Counted from the stretch's first letter, positions 1 to 9,088 are shown. The stretch is DNA of 64,000 bases from Deltaproteobacteria bacterium (GCA_016218975.1 JACRCO010000037.1:203757-267756), one strand, 5' to 3'. Translations and numbers: made by a program. The notes: generated from the sequence alone by a model not told the origin.

Positions 1-510
1 GAGAAATTCGGAAGTTCCGACCGCCTGCTGCTCCCGGATCTTCAGGTTTTCGTCGATGAAGAAAGAGGAAAGACGCGCCGTGGTAAGCATCGCCATCTGC
101 CTGTTTTCGTGGTAGAAGGAAAGCCTGAAAGCGTCTGTTCCAAGGACCTGTATATCGATCCGCCTTCGCATTTCGTCGACAACGTCTTCAAGCGGTTTTT
201 TCTTCCTTTCATCCTTGAAAAGACCGAGTTCGTCCATGACCGACACCAGGCATGTGCGGCTCAGCACCTGCTGTTTCAATGTGGCCAGGCGCGCCTCGAT
301 CCTGATGCTGACGCTGGAACGGACGTAATTCTCGGGCACGCGCTGCGGGATCACCAGGATCGTCGTGCTCGATTTGAATTGTTCAGGAACCACGACACAG
401 TAGACGCTCGCGCCGAAGAGGATGAACAGGATCGAAAATACGATCATCCATTTTCGCCGGCGATATATTTCCAGAATGTCCTGGAGAACCAGGTTCGGTG
501 GAAGGGGCAT
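1..510 (-). CDS. Polysaccharide co-polymerase / chain-length determinant (Wzz/GumC family), N-terminal part; runs off the left edge
   Basis: Not in the ORF track. Translated by hand from ATG 510 (SD-like AGAGGGA): MPLPPNLVLQDILEIYRRRKWMIVFSILFILFGASVYCVVVPEQFKSSTTILVIPQRVPENYVRS..., a typical Wzz N-terminus. Open to position 1; downstream of the OPX and beta-barrel genes. Confidence 0.88.
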   Translation of the reverse strand, partial: MPLPPNLVLQDILEIYRRRKWMIVFSILFILFGASVYCVVVPEQFKSSTTILVIPQRVPENYVRSSVSIRIEARLATLKQQVLSRTCLVSVMDELGLFKDERKKKPLEDVVDEMRRRIDIQVLGTDAFRLSFYHENRQMAMLTTARLSSFFIDENLKIREQQAVGTSEFL

Positions 511-529
511 CGTTCCCTCTGTTTTTTTC

Positions 530-1816
530 TTAAAAGAGGTTGTAGGTTTCGCCCAGGGTCACGGCGAGCAAGACCGACTCGCGCTTCAGATCGTCCCCGG
601 AAATTCCGTGCGACCATTGACGGAAGAAGTTTCCGTAAAGGCTCAGCGTGGCCCATTTCGCCGGCATGTATCGTATTCCGGCCGTTCCGTTCGCCGACAC
701 CAGGTCCACCTCCACCGCGGCATCCGTGGAGCGATTCGTCTGGCAGAAGCCGGAGAGGTCCAGCCACCATCCGCTTGCGAACTGGTCGGCCAACGAGAGA
801 ACGGCATTCGCCCGCCTCGTCGTCCGCCCGAACGTGCCGCCGCCCGCCAGCTCGTACTTTCCGGAAACAAGCGCTCTGAAATCCTTCCGGGAATACGTCA
901 GGGACAACAATCCGCTCGGTGACCAGGTCTCGTTCTTCTCGTCCCCTATTCCTGTGGATTCCCTGCTGAGCGTCGCCCCCGCCCTGGCATCCAGCGTGTT
1001 GCTTTCGGTGAGCCGGTACGTTCCGGAAAAACCGCCCGAATAAATCCTGGAATTCGGCCTGCCGCTGAAAGAGTTGTAGCTGGTGTCCCCGTAAACGCCG
1101 GAGGAGAAGCGATCCGTGAGCTTGTAATTCACTGCCATGTTTCCCGAAACGACTCTCGAATCGATAAGGCCTGTGGGATTGTCCGTGAAATCGCGCCTTC
1201 TCGCCCCTCCTCCGATTTCGACGTTGACGTTCGGCGTGAGCTCGTATCCGAACTGCGCCGATCCCGAGATCTCCCGCACCTCCGTAATGAAGGTAACCGT
1301 GGACTCCGAAACGGAAAGCACGGTAATTCCGGTATCCGCCGGGCCTTCGCTGCGCGCGGGTTCCGACGAAGTGGACTCGATGCCGTAACCCGAAGAACCA
1401 GGAGTTATGACCGTAGGTATCAACTCCAGGACATTGCGGCGCACGGAATCCCGCGCCTCGATGTACCTGGCCGTCGGACGCAATGAAAACCGGGGTGTAA
1501 ACTTGATGGGCTTCGTTGTGTTCAGCCCGAGATCCTTGGTCGCCGCGGTCTTGTCCAGGAGCGTGAAATCGGAATATCTCTCCAGTTCGAATCCGCCGCT
1601 CAGGTTCAGAGTCGTGTCCATCGTTTCGAGGGAAAGCGTCAGCTTCGGGTTGGCGCGGAAAACGAAGTCGCTTTGTTCGTTCGACGATGTGTTTAATACG
1701 TTCGAGTCCCAGCTCTCCCCGATAGTGATCGAGGGAGTGGCTTTAAGGTTCACAGCCCAGGATTCGGAAACGAGCCCGAACACAAGTATGAATCCGATCG
1801 CGGCGATTCTTTTCAA
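530..1816 (-). CDS. Outer-membrane beta-barrel protein of a polysaccharide export locus
   Basis: Signal peptide, alternating aromatic/hydrophobic strands, C-terminal ...TYNLF. Lies between OPX and Wzz. TTG start chosen after GGGGGG SD (ORF track start 1837). Confidence 0.78.
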   Translation of the reverse strand: MKRIAAIGFILVFGLVSESWAVNLKATPSITIGESWDSNVLNTSSNEQSDFVFRANPKLTLSLETMDTTLNLSGGFELERYSDFTLLDKTAATKDLGLNTTKPIKFTPRFSLRPTARYIEARDSVRRNVLELIPTVITPGSSGYGIESTSSEPARSEGPADTGITVLSVSESTVTFITEVREISGSAQFGYELTPNVNVEIGGGARRRDFTDNPTGLIDSRVVSGNMAVNYKLTDRFSSGVYGDTSYNSFSGRPNSRIYSGGFSGTYRLTESNTLDARAGATLSRESTGIGDEKNETWSPSGLLSLTYSRKDFRALVSGKYELAGGGTFGRTTRRANAVLSLADQFASGWWLDLSGFCQTNRSTDAAVEVDLVSANGTAGIRYMPAKWATLSLYGNFFRQWSHGISGDDLKRESVLLAVTLGETYNLF

Positions 1817-1833
1817 GTCCGTTATCCCCCCTT

Positions 1834-2514
1834 TCACGGCACTACGATCGTGTCGCCCGGTTTCAGCATGTAATTCCCCTCCCCTTCCTCTTCAAGCAGA
1901 TTGTAATAGTTGATTTTCCTTACCTCCTGCTTCTTGCCTGTGCCACGGACCAGCTTGATGCTCCGGGGCGAAGCAAACTGCGTGAATCCGCCGGCCTGCG
2001 CGAGCGCCTGGAGAATCGACACGTCGCTCCTCAAGAGATACGTCCCCGGTTTTGCGACATTGCCTATCACGAAGATTCTCGGAGCGTTTACCTGTATCAC
2101 GATGACGGATACCTGGGGCTCGACGACGAATGCCTTGAGTTTCTGATGGATGCTGCTTGCCAGTTCGGCCGCGGTCAACCCTTCAGCCTGGACATCCTGG
2201 ACCAGCGGCAACGATATCTTTCCGTCCGGCCGCACCGCCACGTCCATCGTCATATCCTTGTTTTCCCATACGGAAACCTTCAGGATGTCTTCCGGCCCAA
2301 GCCTGTATTCCGGACCGGCGACCGGGGCAGCCGCAGGGGGAACCTGTGAAGGCACGGGCGCCGCAGTCGAAGGTGAAGCCACGGCAGCCGACGATGGAGG
2401 CGCAGCCGATGCCTTACCCGGGTTTTTGACATTTCGTTCTTCCGCACGGACCGGCAGGCAGACCGCCGAAACGATCAAAGCCGCCGCGCAGGCTACCGCC
2501 CATAAGGTCTTCAC
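1834..2514 (-). CDS. Short polysaccharide export (OPX/Wza-like) protein, Poly_export + SLBB domains
   Basis: Motifs EYRLGPEDILKVSVW, VRPDGKISLPLV, GNVAKPG, LKPGDTIVVP. GTG start after GGAGGGG (ORF track start 2547). Confidence 0.9.
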   Translation of the reverse strand: MKTLWAVACAAALIVSAVCLPVRAEERNVKNPGKASAAPPSSAAVASPSTAAPVPSQVPPAAAPVAGPEYRLGPEDILKVSVWENKDMTMDVAVRPDGKISLPLVQDVQAEGLTAAELASSIHQKLKAFVVEPQVSVIVIQVNAPRIFVIGNVAKPGTYLLRSDVSILQALAQAGGFTQFASPRSIKLVRGTGKKQEVRKINYYNLLEEEGEGNYMLKPGDTIVVP

Positions 2515-2575
2515 CTTTACCCCTCCATAAACGCTTTTATACTGCAAAAACAGGGAATTGCCCTTCCTGAGCCTT

Positions 2576-4036
2576 CTACTCCCGGTTCAGTCCGCATTCC
2601 TTTATCTTGTACAGTAATGCCTTATAACTGATATCGAGCAGTTGAGCGGCTTTTCGCCGGTTCCAACGCGTCTGGCTGAGCACCCGCTCGATCAGGTCCC
2701 GCTCCGCGTTGCGCTGTGCGATCTTCGCAACCTCTTTCAGCGTCCCCTGTTCCGGCAGGTATGTATCGTTTCCGTTCCGTGCGGCATGGTTGTTCCCCGC
2801 CGCTGCCCTCGGAGGTTGGGGACGGTGCGACTCTTCGCGCTCATCACTATACGTCGAATAGGAACCGTTCTCCTTTTTGCGCAGGAATTCCGAGATAAGC
2901 TGACTCTCGCTGCCCAGGATGACGAACCGCTTGATGTTGTTCTCAAGCTCCCGCACGTTTCCGGGCCAGGAGTAATTAAGGAACATATCGGTCAAACGGG
3001 GGGAAATATTAACTCTTTCCCGGTTGTACATTTCCGAGTATCGGGTCAGGAAATAGTCCACCAGCAACGGGATGTCGTCCTTCCGGTCGCGCAAGGGAGG
3101 CAGGATTATGTTCACGACATTGATCCGGTAGAAAAGGTCGCGCCGGAAGCGGTTCTCGTCCACCATGCGCTCCAGGTTTTTATTGGTGGCCGTAAGGATC
3201 CGGCAGTTGACCTTGACTTCCCTTTCCCCTCCGATCCTGTAGAACTGCCTTTCCTGCAGGACGTGGAGAAGTTTCGATTGAAGGTCCTGGTGCATCTCGC
3301 TGATTTCGTCCAGGAAGATCGTGCCGTTCTGGGCGATCTCGAAGCGGCCGTACTTTCGCCGGTGGGCGCCGGTGAACGCACCGCGTTCGAACCCGAAAAG
3401 CTCACTTTCCAGCAGCTCCCGCGGCAGGGCCGCGCAGTTCACCTTTATGAAGGGTTCGTTCGCACGCTCGGACGCCTTGTGCAGCGATTTGGCCACCAGC
3501 TCTTTGCCGGTGCCGCTTTCCCCGGTGATAAGGACAGTGATATCGGTGTTCGCCACCTGGTCGACGATCGCCTGCACCTTGCTCATCCTGTCGCTCAAGG
3601 AGAAAAGGAGCTTGTATTCGTCCTCAGACCTTGACTTGGTCTTCAGTTCCTCGAGTTCCCACTTGGCCTGCGATGTTTCGAGGACCATCTGGATCTTGAG
3701 CAGCAGTTCCTCGCCGCGGAAGGGCTTCTTGATGTAGTCGTTCGCACCGTCTTTCATGGCTCGCACGACTTCTTCGACGTCACCCTGGCCGGAGACCATG
3801 ATGATGGGGGTGGCCCCCCCGTTCGAACGGAACGGCTTTATGAGGTCCACTCCGCTCCCGTCCGGAAGGAAAATGTCGAATATCAGGCAGGAGAAGTGGT
3901 GCTTGTCGAGGGTCTCGACCGCTTCCGCCTTGTTGAAGGCGGTAACCACCTCCATGCCGCTCTCCGTGAGCAGATTTTTCGTGAACTGCATGAAAACGGG
4001 ATCGTCGTCGACGACAAGGATTGTAGAAGACGGCAT
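2576..4036 (-). CDS. Sigma54-dependent response regulator (NtrC family: REC-AAA+-HTH)
   Basis: REC (VVDDD...FDIFLP), Walker A GESGTGKE, GAFTGA, Walker B FLDEI, WPGNVRELEN, Fis-type HTH. ATG 4036 after GAGGAGGAG. Confidence 0.95.
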   Translation of the reverse strand: MPSSTILVVDDDPVFMQFTKNLLTESGMEVVTAFNKAEAVETLDKHHFSCLIFDIFLPDGSGVDLIKPFRSNGGATPIIMVSGQGDVEEVVRAMKDGANDYIKKPFRGEELLLKIQMVLETSQAKWELEELKTKSRSEDEYKLLFSLSDRMSKVQAIVDQVANTDITVLITGESGTGKELVAKSLHKASERANEPFIKVNCAALPRELLESELFGFERGAFTGAHRRKYGRFEIAQNGTIFLDEISEMHQDLQSKLLHVLQERQFYRIGGEREVKVNCRILTATNKNLERMVDENRFRRDLFYRINVVNIILPPLRDRKDDIPLLVDYFLTRYSEMYNRERVNISPRLTDMFLNYSWPGNVRELENNIKRFVILGSESQLISEFLRKKENGSYSTYSDEREESHRPQPPRAAAGNNHAARNGNDTYLPEQGTLKEVAKIAQRNAERDLIERVLSQTRWNRRKAAQLLDISYKALLYKIKECGLNRE

Positions 4037-4062
4037 AGGCTCCTCCTCAGCCGGAAGATCTT

Positions 4063-4078
4063 CGCAAACGCCATGCCC
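4063..4078 (-). promoter_or_regulatory. Sigma54 (-24/-12) promoter candidate for the regulator/EPS export genes
   Basis: Minus strand GGGCATGGCGTTTGCG = GG-N10-GC, about 27 nt upstream of ATG 4036. Confidence 0.65.
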
Positions 4079-4129
4079 GACATGCATTATTTGGTAACAA
4101 ATGGCTATCTCACTGGATAAAGTGTCAAA

Positions 4130-4142
4130 AATCAATGGGTTA
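4130..4142 (+). promoter_or_regulatory. IHF-binding consensus
   Basis: AATCAATGGGTTA matches WATCAANNNNTTR exactly; lies between the sigma54 promoter and the upstream dyad. Confidence 0.55.
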
Positions 4143-4184
4143 AATATGTACAATTTTCCCCAAAACAGAGGTGGTGTGGTCGCG

Positions 4185-4205
4185 TTGCGACAAAATATGT
4201 CACAA
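4185..4205. promoter_or_regulatory. Dyad, candidate enhancer (UAS) for a sigma54 activator
   Basis: TTGCGACA-AAATA-TGTCACAA, 7/8 symmetric, about 110-130 bp upstream of the -24 element. Confidence 0.45.
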
Positions 4206-4258
4206 TACGGCACATATGGGAAAACTTTTAGACAATTACCGCTTAATTGGGAATCTTG

Positions 4259-5398
4259 TTACGCAGGTAGGGAGAAAGAGACCTTGGTTCCTTTGCCCGG
4301 TTCGCTTTCCAGCCAGATCTTCCCTTTCTGAATTTCAAGCAGTTTCTTGCATATATGCAGACCAAGGCCAATCCGTGCATTTGCGTCATTTGCGGACACG
4401 ATCCGTTCCTCGGAAAATATCTTTTCGGCCTGGGCCTTCGGAATACCCTTCCCGGTATCGGCGACCCAGACGGTAGCCGATACGGCGTCCCCCGGCTTTG
4501 CCCCTACAGTGATCTGCCCGTCACGCGGGGTGAACTTGATGGCGTTGTAGAGTAGATTGTCCAGAACTTGCATGACCCGTTCCGGGTCCGCCTTCACGCT
4601 CAAGCCGGGTCCCGCGTTTTCCAGAACAAGCCGGATCTGTTTCTGCTCCGCGAAGGGCTTGTAGAAAGCGATGCAGTCGTTCAGAACCTTGTGAAGCTCG
4701 AACCTTTTGATCTGTAGCTGCAATTCCCCCCTGCGCGCGGCCTCGTAATCCAGGAGGGTGTTTGCCATCGCCCGAAGTTTCCGGACCGAACGGCCGAACT
4801 GCCGAACGAGCTCCGCGCCCTCCATGCTGGCGCAGATGCTGCAACGCGAATCCAGGTCCTGATAATACCCTTCCAGAACGGTCAACGCCGATTTGAAATC
4901 GTGGGCAGCCATGGAAATCATGAAGCCTTTCAGCTCGGCCTGCACCTTCGTCTGCTTGAGGTCCGCCTGGATCTTCGACAGGCGTTCGCCGACGCCTTTC
5001 TCGACCCGTTCGCTTTCGAGGCTTAAATTCAGTTTTTCGACGGAACGGGCGACCGAATGAAGCAGGATGCCTTGGGCTACGGGCTTCCTCAGGAAGTCGT
5101 AAGCCCCCTGTTTAAGCGCCTCTATGACCGATTCCAGCGACGGAGATGTGGACAGGAAGGTGAACGGCAGGTCAGGATACCTGCGAAGCGTGTCCCTCAG
5201 GAATTCGAACCCGCATCCCTTCCCGGCCCTCAATTCGGACAGGATAATGGTTTTCCCCTTGACCTTCCGAAGGTGATCCGCGGCATCGTCGAAATTGGAA
5301 ACCGCGGTGACGTCATATTTCTCGTTTTTGAGAGTCTCCTGCGCCTGGGCGAGGAATTTCGGGTCGTCGTCGACGATGAGGACACGTAGGCATTGCAT
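4259..5398 (-). CDS. Cytoplasmic hybrid sensor kinase (REC-HisKA-HATPase) with atypical receiver
   Basis: N-terminal REC (LIVDDD...DFLRKP), H-box AAHDFKS, N-box NLLYNAIKF, G1 DTGKGIP, G2 GLGL. No TM segment. Confidence 0.9.
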   Translation of the reverse strand: MQCLRVLIVDDDPKFLAQAQETLKNEKYDVTAVSNFDDAADHLRKVKGKTIILSELRAGKGCGFEFLRDTLRRYPDLPFTFLSTSPSLESVIEALKQGAYDFLRKPVAQGILLHSVARSVEKLNLSLESERVEKGVGERLSKIQADLKQTKVQAELKGFMISMAAHDFKSALTVLEGYYQDLDSRCSICASMEGAELVRQFGRSVRKLRAMANTLLDYEAARRGELQLQIKRFELHKVLNDCIAFYKPFAEQKQIRLVLENAGPGLSVKADPERVMQVLDNLLYNAIKFTPRDGQITVGAKPGDAVSATVWVADTGKGIPKAQAEKIFSEERIVSANDANARIGLGLHICKKLLEIQKGKIWLESEPGKGTKVSFSLPA

Positions 5399-5454
5399 AA
5401 GAAAAAGGATATTACCACATGGGAATATGCGCCATTAGAAAAAGAAAACTCACC

Positions 5455-5517
5455 GGTTCAATTCCCTGCCAGAAGCCAATCATGAAAAGAAATGGTGGCG
5501 GTGCAGGGAATTGAACC
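5455..5517. repeat. 15-bp perfect inverted repeat between the tRNA T-arm and its 3' trailer
   Basis: GGTTCAATTCCCTGC at 5455-5469 and GCAGGGAATTGAACC at 5503-5517. Confidence 0.9.
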
Positions 5518-5569
5518 CCGGACACTGCGGATATGAGCCGCATGCTCTCACCATCTGAGCTACACCGCC
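5493..5569 (-). tRNA. tRNA-Met (CAT), probably elongator
   Basis: Cloverleaf: acceptor GGCGGTG/CACCGCC, anticodon stem TGCGG/CCGCA with CTCATAT loop, T-loop TTCAATT, encoded CCA. The G1-C72 pair argues against initiator; Ile2 is not strictly excluded. Confidence 0.93.
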
Positions 5570-5662
5570 ACAACGGCAGGAAAGACGAATATTACAGACA
5601 GGATGCCACCAAAGTCAACCCCGTTTCAGGCCGTAATCCCGCGTGTAAATCGAGCGGCGGGA

Positions 5663-7198
5663 TCATTTCAACCAGATGAGGTTCCACTCTCCGAACTGGC
5701 CGAGGATTTTCCCCTTGTCCCGGGATGCGATCCCGATGCGGAGCGTCCGTCCGGAGGGCGAAAAATCGATAAAGGAGTCCCTCGCGGAGCTGCCCGTCTG
5801 CGGCGTCCGCCAGGCGAGCTGGAGCGAATCTCCGTCCTGTGCGAAGCACATCGCCTCGGCGTTCGAGTAAACCCGTATATTCTCGAAGAATGCCCCGGCA
5901 GTGACGATGTTGTTCATGACGATCAACTCGTCCGTCCTGTCGCCGTCCAGGTCCGCCCCGAACATCCGGTTCGGCATAAAAAGCCGTTTCGCGTCCTGTC
6001 GACCGTCCTCCTTGCCTGCGAAAACAAGGGGTGCGCGCACCGCCGTTTCCGTTCCCGACACGGAGTCCATCCCCTCCCACAGTTTCTTCCCGTTTTCGTC
6101 CAGAAGGTTGAGCCGGTCCCTTTCGTTGATCGTTGCGAATCTCGTTTTCCCGCCGTTGTTCAATGCCGCGAACGAGTATATCCAGGTCCCGTCGGGGAGC
6201 GGGAGCGCGGCACTCCTGTCATCGGCCGCTGCGCCGTATTTTCCCGGAGCCAGGCGGAACACCGGGCCTTTGTGGATCGTGACCGGATCGGATTCCTGGG
6301 CGGCGAGTACGATACCGTCCTTCCCAATGTCCAGCGCGCGCAGGAAATAGGGGATGTCCCGGGCGATCGGCTTGTACTGCCTGCTGTCGCCGTCGTACTC
6401 CCAGACGTCGGAAAGCGATTTCCCGGCGACGTAGCGCACGGATATGATCTCCGCGATCCCGTTCCTGTTGATGTCCGCCGCGTCCACGTGGATGAAATCG
6501 GCGCCTGCGTCGGTAATGCGCGCCTTTTCCACCAGGTCGTCGCCTTCCATCCGGTACACCGCGAGGTCGTTCGGGTACGCCGCGACGATCTCCATCTTCC
6601 CGTCCCGGTCCGTGTCGTTCCGGGCTACTGAAACGACATCGCCCACGATATCGCGGCTTCGTGACACCGTACCCGACAGGCGGGGTATCTTCCTCCTGCC
6701 CGCCCCTTCGCCCACCGTTTCATCGCCGAAAAAAAGATATTTCAACCTGGAAGCGGCTTCGGTGGCCATTCGCGCATATGCCGGAGGCGGGTCAGCCCCC
6801 TTTCGCGCGCCGTCGTCCACGCCGGTGACGACGAGCGTTCTTCCTTTGCCGGGATCCTCGACCGTTGAAAGCGTCAGGTCCAACGTGACGGACCTGCCGA
6901 TCCGCGAAACGGCGCCTGCAAGGATGTAGGTCGCTCCCATGCCGCGAGCCTTGTTTCTCCTTGCCGTCAGGTCATCAGGCACCGCAGCGGCCATGATCCT
7001 CACGTCGAGCCGGTCCTGGAGTTTTTCTCCGATCGACCGGCCAAGGCGATCGACGTCGGCGGCGATAGTGTTGTCGGACAGGTTCTGCAGCGGAAAGAAG
7101 GCCACGACCTGCTTCGCCGCCCATGCGGCGCCGGACGCAACGAGGAAGCAGGCTGCCGCTATCGCTGCGAGGAGGAGCGAGTTCGTCTTCACCCTCAT
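5663..7198 (-). CDS. Exported FG-GAP/VCBS-repeat protein
   Basis: Signal peptide (AAWA|AK); repeats DTDRDGKMEIV, DINRNGIAEII, DLDGDRTDELIV. ATG 7198 overlaps the upstream stop. Confidence 0.8.
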   Translation of the reverse strand: MRVKTNSLLLAAIAAACFLVASGAAWAAKQVVAFFPLQNLSDNTIAADVDRLGRSIGEKLQDRLDVRIMAAAVPDDLTARRNKARGMGATYILAGAVSRIGRSVTLDLTLSTVEDPGKGRTLVVTGVDDGARKGADPPPAYARMATEAASRLKYLFFGDETVGEGAGRRKIPRLSGTVSRSRDIVGDVVSVARNDTDRDGKMEIVAAYPNDLAVYRMEGDDLVEKARITDAGADFIHVDAADINRNGIAEIISVRYVAGKSLSDVWEYDGDSRQYKPIARDIPYFLRALDIGKDGIVLAAQESDPVTIHKGPVFRLAPGKYGAAADDRSAALPLPDGTWIYSFAALNNGGKTRFATINERDRLNLLDENGKKLWEGMDSVSGTETAVRAPLVFAGKEDGRQDAKRLFMPNRMFGADLDGDRTDELIVMNNIVTAGAFFENIRVYSNAEAMCFAQDGDSLQLAWRTPQTGSSARDSFIDFSPSGRTLRIGIASRDKGKILGQFGEWNLIWLK

Positions 7199-7755
7199 CG
7201 GATCAGCGACGCCACCTTTTTGAATTCCGGAGTGGCCGCGACCTTCAACAGCTGGAAAACCGCCGTCTCGGTGCTGAAGACCGTGCATCCGGCGTCGCGC
7301 AGGGCCTGGAGACCGCTTTGGTAGTTGTGCATGAAGCGGGAGGATACCGCGTCGTCGATGACGAAGACCGAATATCCGGCGCGCGTGAGGTCCGCCGATG
7401 TCTGGTAGACGCAGACGTGCGTTTCCATGCCGACGATCGCAACCTGTTTCCGTCCGGCCGATGCGACGGCCTGCAGGAACCCCTCGTCGCGCGCGCAGCT
7501 GAAAGTCAATTTTTCGATCCGCTGGAATCGTTTCCCCTCCAGGGGCTGCATTATCTCCGGTACCGTGGATCCCAACCCTTTCGGATACTGCTCCGTAAGC
7601 AGGATCGGAAGTCCCAGCGTGCCCGCCGCCTCGATCATTATCTGCATGTTCTTCAGCGCCCTCGGGTAAAGATCCGGGTGGATTGCAGGGACGAGCCGGG
7701 ACTGTACGTCCACCACGAGGAGCAGCGCATCCTCCCTGTTCAGGAAATCGACCAT
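7195..7755 (-). CDS. Isochorismatase-family (cysteine) hydrolase
   Basis: LLVVDVQ, TEQYPKGLG, EKLTFSC, GMETHVCVYQT. Confidence 0.92.
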   Translation of the reverse strand: MVDFLNREDALLLVVDVQSRLVPAIHPDLYPRALKNMQIMIEAAGTLGLPILLTEQYPKGLGSTVPEIMQPLEGKRFQRIEKLTFSCARDEGFLQAVASAGRKQVAIVGMETHVCVYQTSADLTRAGYSVFVIDDAVSSRFMHNYQSGLQALRDAGCTVFSTETAVFQLLKVAATPEFKKVASLIR

Positions 7756-7769
7756 TTTATGCACCCTCC

Positions 7770-8972
7770 TTATCGGCCTTGGACGTCGCAGGCGATGACT
7801 TCTTCTTCCATTATAGTGAGTTTCTCGAACCCCTCATGTGTGACGAGATATGCGTTCTCTATTCCGACCGCGCCTTCGCCGGGGAAGACGAACTTGGGTT
7901 CCATGGCGAACGTCATCCCTGCCGCCAGGACGGTCTTCGATCCTTTGGCGATGAAAGGAATCTCGTCGGTTTCGATCCCGATGCCGTGCCCGATGAACTT
8001 GACGTTGTATCCGGGAGGGCCCATGAATTTCGCAGCGAAGGGACCGCGAGACGCCATTTCCAGTCCGATTTCGTAAAGGTCTCCCGCTACCGCTCCCGGG
8101 CGTATGGCGCTTTCGATGTTCCGCAGGATCTTGACCGTCATGGCGTAGGCTTTGGCGAGCTTCTCCGGCAGCGTGCCGATTACGAAGGTCCGGGCCATGT
8201 CAACCAGGTAGCCGTCCTGCGCCCACATGGTATCGACGATGATCGGCTCGTCGACGCCGAAGGGACGATGTCCCTGCCCTGCGGGGGCGTACGGGCCCAA
8301 TCCTTTTCCGGCGGTCGGGAAATCGGCGTAGGAGGGTATCGCGGCGTCAGGTCCGGAAATCACGCATCCCAGCCCCACTTCCTGGTTCCAGGCGCGCATT
8401 CGGGTGATGGTCGTGTGGCCGGCGGCGATCGCCCTGCCCTGTAGAATTCCCTGCAGCTCCTTTTCGGTCATGCCGGGCCGTATCTCCTGCCGGGCGGAGG
8501 ATATGAGCGCAGAAAGATTTTTTCCGCAGGCGCGCAGCGCATCGATTTCGGACGGCCCCTTGACCGAGCGGATTTCCCTTACGATGGCGGATATGTCCAC
8601 CGCCTTCGCGGCTGGAAACATTGAGGAGTAACGGTTGAAGGTCTGCACCGGCATGACGTCCATCTCGAACCCGAGCGACCGGAAGGCAATGCCCTTTTTC
8701 TCGAAATAGGCGGGGATCTCTCTGGGGCTTGCGATCCTTTCGATGATTTCGACAGGCGATTCGGTCATCGCGCGCTCGTACACCTTTCGTACGAAGTAGA
8801 CCGGATCTCCCTCGGCGCGGACCACCAGGATCCCCTGCTGGATGGAGCCTGCGAAATAAAACAGGTCGGCATTCTGAACCACGACCGCTGCATCGACGCC
8901 TGCCTCGATGAGCCTCGCCCGAAGCGCCGCCAACCGCTTTCCTATCTCCTCTTTCGGCGTCAGCCTGTACAT
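7770..8972 (-). CDS. M24 family (Xaa-Pro-like) peptidase
   Basis: Creatinase-like N-domain (ADLFYFAG); metal-ligand motifs DGYLVDMART, GHGIG, MEPK, GIEN. ATG after GGGAGGGG. Confidence 0.9.
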   Translation of the reverse strand: MYRLTPKEEIGKRLAALRARLIEAGVDAAVVVQNADLFYFAGSIQQGILVVRAEGDPVYFVRKVYERAMTESPVEIIERIASPREIPAYFEKKGIAFRSLGFEMDVMPVQTFNRYSSMFPAAKAVDISAIVREIRSVKGPSEIDALRACGKNLSALISSARQEIRPGMTEKELQGILQGRAIAAGHTTITRMRAWNQEVGLGCVISGPDAAIPSYADFPTAGKGLGPYAPAGQGHRPFGVDEPIIVDTMWAQDGYLVDMARTFVIGTLPEKLAKAYAMTVKILRNIESAIRPGAVAGDLYEIGLEMASRGPFAAKFMGPPGYNVKFIGHGIGIETDEIPFIAKGSKTVLAAGMTFAMEPKFVFPGEGAVGIENAYLVTHEGFEKLTIMEEEVIACDVQGR

Positions 8973-8981
8973 ACCCCTCCC

Positions 8982-9036
8982 AAAAACAGGGACGTTCTTA
9001 AAAACTTGAAAACGGGGACGTTCCTTAACTTTTTTC
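8982..9036 (+). repeat. Repeat locus 1 left end: copies X (8982-9004) and Y (9010-9036)
   Basis: AAAAACAGGGACGTTCTTAAAAA followed by AAACGGGGACGTTCCTTAACTTTTTTC; degenerate GGGACGATCCT at 9050-9060. Confidence 0.9.
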
Positions 9037-9088
9037 CACAATTATACCCGGGACGATCCTCCAAACTCTAACACGGGATGGAATAGAG

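Noticed and set aside
2546-2570. AAAAACAGGGA matches the start of repeat X, and CAGGGAATTG matches the tRNA T-arm complement
   Set aside because: Only 10-11 nt and lacking the CGTTC core; better explained as a weak hairpin plus U-tract after the regulator, or chance.
1-5569. Genomic island integrated at tRNA-Met
   Set aside because: No integrase, no direct repeat of the tRNA 3' end in the window, and no sharp composition change.
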